A stretch of DNA of 28,629 nt from Patescibacteria group bacterium (GCA_018894075.1 JAHIEB010000039.1:1-28629), one strand, 5' to 3'. Counted from the first letter of the stretch, positions 18,228-25,058 are shown. Program-made: numbers and translations. The notes: generated from the letters alone by a model not told the origin.

Positions 18228-18646
18228 ATGAAATCTGAAGATTATAAAAATCTATTAACCGAAGACGAAAAAATTATAAAACCCTTTGTGCCGGAGTCTC
18301 TTTTGAGACGTTTATTTTATTTCCTTAGAAAAAGAGTAGCGCTTATCATAACCAATAAAAAGATAATATATAGGGGAAACTTTGGATATTCAGATAAAAA
18401 TATTAAGATTGAAGAAATAAGTGATGTATTCTTAACAAATGAGTCTTCTGCGGCGGTTCTGGTTGCTAAATCCTTGGAAATTCTAAAAAAGGGAGCACCC
18501 CCTATTGATATTCTGTTTTAGGAGAATTAATCTCAAATGACGTTATGGCCCCTATTTATGAAGGTTCTATATCTGTAGGGTGGTTGTCGGGGTCACAAAA
18601 AGTTGAGGCCCTATCAATGATAAAAAAACTCGTAGGCCAAAAATAA
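18228..18646 (+). pseudogene. Frameshifted gene, possibly bacterial PH-domain-like
   Basis: Frame 1 stops at TAG 18519-18521; the -1 frame continues LGELISNDVMAPIYEGSISVGW...KLVGQK* to 18646; the break is in a T4 run. Confidence 0.55.
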
Positions 18647-18742
18647 TAATTAGCAACAGCGAAAGGTAGAGTTTAGCATCTTTATCTGTCCGTAATCCGC
18701 TATTATATTGATTCCAATGTTGCCTGCTACGCCGTGCCCTTT

Positions 18743-18767
18743 CCCGAGATTAATTTCTCGGGTTTTT
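18743..18767 (+). terminator. Intrinsic terminator
   Basis: CCCGAGA-TTAATT-TCTCGGG-TTTTT. Confidence 0.8.
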
Positions 18768-18784
18768 ATTGTATAATAGAAAAA

Positions 18785-18939
18785 ATGAAAAAAGTTTTCC
18801 TATTATTTATAATCCCATTATTATTCCCACTTCTGTTTTGGCTGAACAAATAGACATTAACACTGCTATATTGCCACAATTGGACGAATTAACCGGCATT
18901 GGACCAACTTACCCTCTCCCGAAGGAGAGGATGCCCTGA
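18785..18939 (+). pseudogene. ComEA-type helix-hairpin-helix DNA-binding protein remnant (frameshifted and truncated)
   Basis: Signal peptide MKKVFLLFIIPLLFP, 1-nt loss near 18827, then TSVLAEQIDINTAILPQLDELTGIGPT; similarity ends at 18909. Confidence 0.7.
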
Positions 18940-18942
18940 ATA

Positions 18943-19018
18943 AATGGATTGTATCCACAATACAACTAATTCCTTCAGTTTATTCATAACTGCCTACTTG
19001 GCAGAAGGACACGAGGCA
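18943..19018. repeat. Copy B of the structured non-coding repeat
   Basis: See copy A; compensatory changes in the CTGCC-TACTT-GGCAG stem. Confidence 0.85.
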
Positions 19019-19042
19019 GAAACGCTGAACCTATAGAGAGTA

Positions 19043-19096
19043 AAGCCACCTTTTTCCGCCTCCGCTAGTTGGCGGATTGTGGATGAAGTGGGTTTT
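19043..19096. repeat. AAGCCAC...GTGGGTTTT hairpin enclosing a TCCGCC...GGCGGA palindrome (REP-like)
   Basis: TCCGCC-TCCGCTAGTT-GGCGGA at 19055-19076. Confidence 0.45.
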
Positions 19097-19113
19097 GATT
19101 TGTAAATTTGGGC

Positions 19114-19142
19114 TTGACATAAATTTATTTAAATGATATACT
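19114..19142 (+). promoter_or_regulatory. Near-consensus sigma70 promoter
   Basis: TTGACA, 17 nt, TATACT with TGn. Confidence 0.8.
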
Positions 19143-19188
19143 TAAAAAGGTAGAAATATTATAGACCCCAACTCAAAGGAGACTTCAC

Positions 19189-19491
19189 GTGGGAACCTAC
19201 TACAATCCCGGTACAGAAGTGCAAACTGTGGGCCGCAAACTTAATGACAAGGGCCCAGACGGCTCGGACTACGAAAAGCTAATGGCCCAACTACAGGAAG
19301 GAGAAGTGCTATTCGGCGTAGTGGATGTGTTCGTGGCAGAGAGAAATCCTGTGCGCGCTATGCACATTCAGTCGCAGGATGACCTTACAGGCACTTGGCG
19401 GGCCCATTGGCAAGGTTATTACAAGATACTGGGCTTCTATGCAGTGCCGCGGACGAAGGCCGAACAAGGATGCGGGAGTAGACTGCCATAA
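19189..19491 (+). CDS. Hypothetical protein (100 aa), GC-rich, GTG start
   Basis: AAGGAG SD, own promoter and terminator. Confidence 0.75.
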   Translation: MGTYYNPGTEVQTVGRKLNDKGPDGSDYEKLMAQLQEGEVLFGVVDVFVAERNPVRAMHIQSQDDLTGTWRAHWQGYYKILGFYAVPRTKAEQGCGSRLP

Positions 19492-19527
19492 TTATCTCGC
19501 CCGGTTCGGCAACGTTTTACCTCGCAT

Positions 19528-19557
19528 AGCCCTACACAATCGTGTGGGGCTTCTTTT
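19528..19557 (+). terminator. Intrinsic terminator
   Basis: AGCCCTACAC-AATC-GTGTGGGGCT-TCTTTT. Confidence 0.75.
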
Positions 19558-19614
19558 GTACATAAATTCTGATATGATTTATAAATACTATTAAACAATC
19601 GAGTTATAAAATTT

Positions 19615-20007
19615 ATGTCAAATATTTTGAAGGCTCCTAAAAAATCAATAATATACGAAGATGAATTGTTGTATGTCTGCCTGGCAAAAGAACCGATTGT
19701 TATCGGCCACACTATCGTTGTTTTCAAGCAGGATGTTTCTGATTTGAGCAAACTGTCGGACAGAGATTATGATTATCTGATGGACACGGTTTTTGCCACC
19801 AGAAACGCTCTAATAAAAACTTTGAATGTCAAAAAGGTTTATCTACTTTATATGGACGAAACAAAACACGTGCACTGGCATTTAGTTCCGAGGTATAAAG
19901 AGAGAGGATTTGGTGTTTTTAAAAAAGAAGTTACCGTAATAAAAGATTTCTCTTTGGCTCACAAAATTCACAAGAATCTAATATTTATTCGCGACCAAAG
20001 ATTTTAA
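19615..20007 (+). CDS. HIT family protein
   Basis: GHTIVV and HVHWHLVPR histidine triad. Confidence 0.9.
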   Translation: MSNILKAPKKSIIYEDELLYVCLAKEPIVIGHTIVVFKQDVSDLSKLSDRDYDYLMDTVFATRNALIKTLNVKKVYLLYMDETKHVHWHLVPRYKERGFGVFKKEVTVIKDFSLAHKIHKNLIFIRDQRF

Positions 20008-20076
20008 ATCAGGATTTTAAGTATATCCCAACCTGGTTCCAATTAAGTCGCACCACCGGAGCTATGTTTTTAAAAC

Positions 20077-20102
20077 CCACCTTTTAATTGTGGTGGTTTT
20101 TA
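20077..20102 (+). repeat. Copy 2 of the 26-nt hairpin repeat
   Basis: CCACCTTTTAATTGTGGTGGTTTTTA. Confidence 0.7.
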
Positions 20103-20210
20103 AATTAAGCAAAACCTAACCGCTTGATCTCCTTTAGTCTTTCCTTCAATCCGGCTATATATTCCCTGTCCTCAAAAAGTATAATAAGATTTAGACTTGA
20201 GCACATAACT

Positions 20211-20236
20211 AAAAACTCCCCGCAAGGGGAGCTTTT
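20211..20236. terminator. Terminator at the end of the 3D-domain gene
   Basis: AAAAA-CTCCCC-GCAA-GGGGAG-CTTTT. Confidence 0.75.
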
Positions 20237-20723
20237 AGTCTTCTAAAACTTCAATATACACAATATCTGCGCCGAAGTTCTTGGCTTCTTTAGTGCTGTC
20301 CATCCAGATATCCAAATGATAGTCTCCCTTTCTCTTATTCATTCTATCCTGTACGGTGAACACTTTGTTTCCATACAAGCTTGGGATTCTAACTTTGGTT
20401 CCGAATGAAAGCAAGTTGTTGGCAACTATTCCGTCTCTGACAGTTTGGCCAGAGGCGGTAATAAATGGGGTAGAGTCTGTTTGCTCAACAGTGCTTGAGT
20501 AAGCAGTCACAACCATTTTAATCCGTTTTGCCACTTTGTAAGAATCAGCTGGATTTGTCTGCAAGATGGTGTTTTCCTGTGCAGTGGATATATTAGAGTT
20601 TTGAGGAGCAATCAGATCTGCTCTAGTGCCTGTAGGCAGGAAGATTTCAATGCTTCCTGTGGCTAAAACCGTCACCATTAACAAGCTTCCAAGGGCTCTC
20701 TTTAAGTGCAGTTTTATAGTCAT
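20235..20723 (-). CDS. Secreted 3D (Asp-Asp-Asp) domain protein, putative cell-wall lytic transglycosylase
   Basis: Signal-like N-terminus, VTAYSS..QTDSTPFITASG, TVQDRM, HLDIWM, FG motifs. Confidence 0.9.
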   Translation of the reverse strand: MTIKLHLKRALGSLLMVTVLATGSIEIFLPTGTRADLIAPQNSNISTAQENTILQTNPADSYKVAKRIKMVVTAYSSTVEQTDSTPFITASGQTVRDGIVANNLLSFGTKVRIPSLYGNKVFTVQDRMNKRKGDYHLDIWMDSTKEAKNFGADIVYIEVLED

Positions 20724-20757
20724 ATAATTTAAAAACCCCTTTCGGAGTTATGCAACC

Positions 20758-20786
20758 ATAATAGCATATTATATCGTCCCTGTCAA
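20758..20786 (-). promoter_or_regulatory. Promoter for the 3D-domain gene
   Basis: Minus strand TTGACA, 17 nt, TATTAT with TGn. Confidence 0.75.
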
Positions 20787-20821
20787 GGATTATACAATGC
20801 TGTCTCTCTTTTGTCAAATTT

Positions 20822-20896
20822 TGGAGCGGGAGACGGGATTCGCACCCGCGATCTTCTCGTTGGCAACGAGACATTCTACTGCTGAACTACTCCCGC
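20822..20896 (-). tRNA. tRNA-Gly(GCC)
   Basis: GCGGGAG/CTCCCGC acceptor stem, TTGCCAA loop, T-loop TGCGAAT, encoded CCA. Confidence 0.95.
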
Positions 20897-20899
20897 ATC

Positions 20900-20975
20900 T
20901 GGTGCCGTGGGCCGGATGTGCGCCGGCCACCTCTTCTTTTTCAGAGAAGCGCTCTGCTACCTGAGCTACCACGGC
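20900..20975 (-). tRNA. tRNA-Phe(GAA) with aberrant T-loop
   Basis: GCCGTGG/CCACGGC acceptor stem, CTTCT-CTGAAAA-AGAAG, T arm GCCGG-CGCACAT-CCGGC, encoded CCA. Confidence 0.88.
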
Positions 20976-20999
20976 ATATTCTTATTATACCCCATATAG

Positions 21000-21072
21000 T
21001 GGACGATGCAGGACTCGAACCTGCAACCCTACGGATGTAAACCGTATGCTCTGCCAATTGAGCTAATCGTCC
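21000..21072 (-). tRNA. tRNA-Val(TAC)
   Basis: GGACGAT/ATCGTCC acceptor stem, TACGG-TTTACAT-CCGTA. Confidence 0.95.
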
Positions 21073-21074
21073 AT

Positions 21075-21158
21075 TGGTGCGCGGGAGAGGAGTCGAACCT
21101 CCATGCCTTGCGGCGCTACCACCTCAAGGTAGTGCGTATGCCATTTCGCCACCCGCGC
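21075..21158 (-). tRNA. tRNA-Leu(GAG)
   Basis: GCGCGGG/CCCGCGC acceptor stem, CTACC-TTGAGGT-GGTAG, variable arm, encoded CCA. Confidence 0.95.
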
Positions 21159-21165
21159 ACATAAT

Positions 21166-21579
21166 CTATTGAGCCTCTTCTACTGCCGGTGGCTCTTCTG
21201 GCTGTTCCTCTGGAGCGGCAACAGCTGCCAAATCATCCCCTCTCTTCAGCTTGGCCCTTTTTCCCTTAGCCGTTCTTAAGTAGTATAATTTGGCTCTTTT
21301 CACCTTTCCTTTTCTGACCACCTCTATTTTTGCAATAGCAGGAGAGTGGAGCGGAAATATTCTTTCTACTCCCACTCCAGAAATCACCTTTCTGACAGTG
21401 ATGGTGGCAGATGCCCCTTTACCGTGCTTTCTAGCCAGAACTACTCCCTCAAAGACCTGCACTCTTTCTTTATCTCCCTCTTTGATTTTCTGGTGAACTT
21501 TAATAGTATCTCCAGGCGTTATTTCAGGAAGGTCTGTCTTTAATTGCGACTCGTTGAAGCTGTCTAAGAATTTACTCAT
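21166..21579 (-). CDS. rplS: 50S ribosomal protein L19
   Basis: [41 protein letters not shown]. Confidence 0.98.
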   Translation of the reverse strand: MSKFLDSFNESQLKTDLPEITPGDTIKVHQKIKEGDKERVQVFEGVVLARKHGKGASATITVRKVISGVGVERIFPLHSPAIAKIEVVRKGKVKRAKLYYLRTAKGKRAKLKRGDDLAAVAAPEEQPEEPPAVEEAQ

Positions 21580-22264
21580 ATTTTTTTAATTCTTTTAATA
21601 CGTTTTTTAAATCTTCCGGCAACTTTGATTCAAACTCTTTTGTTTGGCCGTCCGGGAGTTGAATCTTCAAATAGCAAGCGTGTAGAAAATGATGAGTCAG
21701 GTTTTTGGGAACAGGCTGTCTTTTGAACGCATAGAGCTTGTCTCCTGCCATCGGGTACTTGATATATTCTAGGTGGCACCTTATCTGGTGCTTTCTTCCG
21801 GTCTTTGGATAAAGCTCCAGCAGGGTATATCCCTGATATCTTTCAACAACCCTGTACTCGGTAATTGCCTGCCTTTTGTTTTCAGAGCCAGGTTCTGCTA
21901 TAAAAAAAGCTCTTTGCTTTTTTCCGTCTTTAGGGGATCTGCCGATTAGAGTTTCAATCGTCCCTCCATCTTGCTTGATAACCCCTGTTGATAAGGCAAT
22001 GTACTTCTTTTCTACCCTTCTATTTTTAAACTGTTTTTGCAAAAAAATCAAGGACTCGTTGTTCTTAGCTACAATTAATAGCCCAGAGGTGTCTTTGTCT
22101 AACCTGTGGACTATGCCATATCTGGGAGCTTCTCCTGCCTGCTTTAATTCAGGATAATCCTTTAAAAGGATGTTTATCAGGCTGTTTTCGTCCCCATAGA
22201 CAGAAATGCCGGCTGGCTTGTCTATTACCAACAGATTATTGTCTTGATAGATTATTATATCCAT
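21572..22264 (-). CDS. RluA/RluD family pseudouridine synthase (no S4 domain)
   Basis: [16 protein letters not shown] catalytic motif, [17 protein letters not shown]. Confidence 0.93.
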   Translation of the reverse strand: MDIIIYQDNNLLVIDKPAGISVYGDENSLINILLKDYPELKQAGEAPRYGIVHRLDKDTSGLLIVAKNNESLIFLQKQFKNRRVEKKYIALSTGVIKQDGGTIETLIGRSPKDGKKQRAFFIAEPGSENKRQAITEYRVVERYQGYTLLELYPKTGRKHQIRCHLEYIKYPMAGDKLYAFKRQPVPKNLTHHFLHACYLKIQLPDGQTKEFESKLPEDLKNVLKELKKYE

Positions 22265-22266
22265 TG

Positions 22267-22340
22267 TGGGCGTATCCCGACTCGAACGGGAGACCTCGTC
22301 GATGTCAACGACGCGCTCTAACCAACTGAGCTATACGCCC
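22267..22340 (-). tRNA. tRNA-Val(GAC)
   Basis: GGGCGTA/TACGCCC acceptor stem, CGTCG-TTGACAT-CGACG. Confidence 0.95.
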
Positions 22341-22343
22341 TTC

Positions 22344-22419
22344 TGGTGGGCCCGGATGGAGTCGAACCATCCACCTATTGTTTATAAGACAATTGTTCTA
22401 ACCGCTGAACTACGGGCCC
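22344..22419 (-). tRNA. tRNA-Ile(TAT)
   Basis: GGGCCCG/CGGGCCC acceptor stem, ATTGT-CTTATAA-ACAAT anticodon arm, GGTTCGACTCC, A73, encoded CCA. Confidence 0.9.
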
Positions 22420-23076
22420 ATATTTCTCCGAAATAGCTTTTATCGCCATTAGTATCTTCTCTGATAATCTAGCATTTCCTATGCCAAGCGTGCAAGTTCC
22501 ATGCCCAAAACGGCCCTTGTGGTTTATATTATACGAGAAAGTGTTTTTGATATATGGTTTGATAAATTGCGTGGTTGGCACTCCTATCACCTCTGACCAA
22601 AAAGAAATTTCTTTATTTATATCCATGTCGCTGTATAGATGGAGTTGAACATGAAATTTCTGTTTAGGAACTTTGAGAGATTTCATCAACCAAAGAGCAA
22701 AGAATTTAATTATCGAAGGATCTGTGTTTGATAGATAAAGCGACGAATTAGCAGTTTTAAGACCTTCACCCCAATAAAGAAAGACGCCCGCCATATAAAG
22801 CTCCTTATTAGTAAAAGGAAATAATTTTCTTTTCTCGTTATTTAAACAATAGTTCAGTCTGACTTCTTTCTTCTTCCGTTTTGTTTCTCTGCACCTTTCA
22901 ATTCTAATCTGGCTATTATCTCGGAGCTCCCTTATCCTCGCCTCAGGAAGGGGATAAGATTTTAGCCAGGAGCTAAGCGTGCTTTTACTGACATGAATGG
23001 CTTGTTTTATTTGGCTGTAGCTCATTCCTTGCTCGCGTAGATTTAGAGCTTTATTTTTTAGATCAAAATATGCCAT
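22375..23076 (-). CDS. HTH plus single-motif LAGLIDADG-like protein; last 45 nt overlap tRNA-Ile
   Basis: LNLREQGMSYSQIKQAIHVSKSTLSSWLK (HTH); AGVFLYWGEG motif followed by LYLSNTDPSII. Confidence 0.75.
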   Translation of the reverse strand: MAYFDLKNKALNLREQGMSYSQIKQAIHVSKSTLSSWLKSYPLPEARIRELRDNSQIRIERCRETKRKKKEVRLNYCLNNEKRKLFPFTNKELYMAGVFLYWGEGLKTANSSLYLSNTDPSIIKFFALWLMKSLKVPKQKFHVQLHLYSDMDINKEISFWSEVIGVPTTQFIKPYIKNTFSYNINHKGRFGHGTCTLGIGNARLSEKILMAIKAISEKYGPVVQRLEQLSYKQ

Positions 23077-23120
23077 ATTGAACGAATATCCTTATCGTGG
23101 TATTGAGGACTCCCAAGTTC

Positions 23121-23129
23121 AGTATAACA
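23121..23129 (-). promoter_or_regulatory. Extended -10 element upstream of the HTH-LAGLIDADG gene
   Basis: Minus strand TG-T-TATACT, 44 nt upstream of the ATG. Confidence 0.55.
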
Positions 23130-23149
23130 GGCAGTACACTAAAGAGCAA

Positions 23150-24976
23150 TTATCCCTTTTTTATAATTTTTTCAAACTCCTCTCTTTCAATCGTTTCTTT
23201 TTCCATTAAAGTTTTGGCCAGCTTGTCTAGGAGTTTTCTCTTTTTGGTTAAGATACTAGTCGCTTGTTTTTCAGCTGATCGGATGAATTTATCAACCTCA
23301 CCGTCAATTTCAGAGGCTACTTTTTCAGAATAGTTTCTCTGCTCTGAAATCTCTCTTCCCAAAAAGACCATATCGTCTTTCTCTCCGAATGAGACAGGCC
23401 CCAAGGCAGACATCCCGTATTCTTTAACCAACTTTCTGGCCAAGTCAGACGCCCTTATTAAGTCGTTTGAAGCTCCTGTCGTTATCTCCTTAAAAGCCAG
23501 CCTCTCTGCGCTGTACCCACCCAATAGCGTGGCCATTTCAGCCAAGAATTCTGTTTTTGACTTGATTCTCTTTTCTTCAGAGGGCATTTGCAGGGTGTAT
23601 CCTGCTGCCATTCCCCTGGCGATAATAGATATCTTTCTTATTGGTTCAGATCCGAAGAAGGAGGAGGAAACTAAGGCGTGGCCCGCTTCGTGGATAGCTG
23701 CAATACCCTTTTCTTTTTTAGACAAGATATGGCTTTTTCTCTCCGGCCCAAGCAGCACTTTTTCAATTGCTTCTAAAAACTCAGGCTGGTTTATCTGGGT
23801 TTTGTTTTTTCTGGCGGCCATTAAAGCGGCTTCATTGGCAATGTTGGCTAAATCAGCTCCTGAAAACCCGGGAGTCCTTTCTGCTATCTCTCTTAAATTA
23901 ACGTCAGAGCCCATGGGTTTTTGCTTTGAATGTATTTTCAATATATCTTCTCTGTCACGGACATCCGGAGGGTCTAAAACTATCTTTCGGTCAAACCTGC
24001 CGGGCCTCAATAAGGCAGGATCTAAAATATCTCCTCTGTTAGTCGCTGCCATAACAATGACATTGTTTTCTCTCTCAAACCCGTCCATTTCAACTAATAT
24101 CTGATTTAGGGTTTGTTCTCTTTCATCGTGTCCTCCTCCTATGCCTGCCCCTCTGTGCCTGCCGATAGCGTCCAGCTCATCAATAAAGATAATTGCCGGA
24201 GAATGTTTTTTAGCTGTTTGAAACAAGTCTCTTACCCTGGCAGATCCCACTCCCACGAACATCTCAACGAACTCTGACCCTGAAATAGAGAAGAAAGGGA
24301 CATTGGCTTCTCCTGCTACAGCCCTGGCCAGCAAGGTTTTCCCAATGCCGGCTGAGCCCAAAAGAAGAACTCCTCTTGGGATTTTAGCTCCCATAGCTAG
24401 ATATTTCTTTGGGGATTTTAAAAAGTCAACAATTTCTATCAGTTCTTCTTTGGCTTCCTTTAACCCGGCCACGTCTGTAAAAAAGATTTTGTCTTTTGAT
24501 TTTCCCTCTGTGCCGAATAAGCGCGCTCTTGATTTTGTGAAGTCAAAGGTCTGCATGGCTCCGCCTTTTGTCTGCTTAAATATCATCCAGAAAAAGATTC
24601 CAAAAACTAAGAGAGGGAGAATGCCGAAGATTAAAATAGGGGAAAGCCAGGACCAGACGCTTGGGCTGGGAGTTTTTACCTCTGCCTCAATCGAGCTAAG
24701 CTTTTCGGGATCTGCTCCAAGTTCAGTCAGATTCTGGACATAAGAGACGCCGGTTTCTTTTTCAGAAACAGACTTCTTGCTATCCTTGTAAACAATATCT
24801 AGAACATCGCCGCTTACTGTTATTTTTGAAACTTTATCCTGATTGATGTCTGATACAAGCTGGGTTATAGGTATGATGGGGACCTCCTCGGAAGGAAGAT
24901 AGCTTATACTGAATAGGCCACCCAGCACCAAAAAGATAACGATTATTATGACGAAATTCTTAAGGAATGGATTCAT
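23150..24976 (-). CDS. ftsH: ATP-dependent zinc metalloprotease FtsH
   Basis: Two TM helices, Walker A GSAGIGKT, Walker [24 protein letters not shown]; start MNPFLKN. Confidence 0.97.
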   Translation of the reverse strand: MNPFLKNFVIIIVIFLVLGGLFSISYLPSEEVPIIPITQLVSDINQDKVSKITVSGDVLDIVYKDSKKSVSEKETGVSYVQNLTELGADPEKLSSIEAEVKTPSPSVWSWLSPILIFGILPLLVFGIFFWMIFKQTKGGAMQTFDFTKSRARLFGTEGKSKDKIFFTDVAGLKEAKEELIEIVDFLKSPKKYLAMGAKIPRGVLLLGSAGIGKTLLARAVAGEANVPFFSISGSEFVEMFVGVGSARVRDLFQTAKKHSPAIIFIDELDAIGRHRGAGIGGGHDEREQTLNQILVEMDGFERENNVIVMAATNRGDILDPALLRPGRFDRKIVLDPPDVRDREDILKIHSKQKPMGSDVNLREIAERTPGFSGADLANIANEAALMAARKNKTQINQPEFLEAIEKVLLGPERKSHILSKKEKGIAAIHEAGHALVSSSFFGSEPIRKISIIARGMAAGYTLQMPSEEKRIKSKTEFLAEMATLLGGYSAERLAFKEITTGASNDLIRASDLARKLVKEYGMSALGPVSFGEKDDMVFLGREISEQRNYSEKVASEIDGEVDKFIRSAEKQATSILTKKRKLLDKLAKTLMEKETIEREEFEKIIKKG

Positions 24977-25029
24977 ATGTTTAATAACTAATAGAATAGC
25001 AGAAAAACAGGTCCTTTGCAACTTAGCTA

Positions 25030-25058
25030 TTGACAAAAGTTGAAACATTTGCTATTAT
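25030..25058 (+). promoter_or_regulatory. Sigma70-type promoter for the GC-rich hypothetical gene
   Basis: TTGACA, 17 nt, TATTAT with TGn. Confidence 0.75.

Noticed and set aside
16212-19018. Repeat pair as DGR template/variable repeat
   Set aside because: Differences are not confined to adenines of one copy on one strand (mixed C/T and A/G in both directions), and there is no reverse transcriptase in the window
16212-19018. Repeat pair as a CRISPR array, integron attC sites, hammerhead ribozyme or SRP RNA
   Set aside because: Only two copies 2.7 kb apart; no RYYYAAC/GTTRRRY boxes; the CUGANGA/GAAA core is incomplete; the GAAGGAAGC match lacks the SRP helix-8 context
24330-24365. FtsH Walker A variant GSAGIGKT as a sign of inactivity
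   Set aside because: GxxGxGKT, Walker B, the arginine-finger region and HEAGH are all intact
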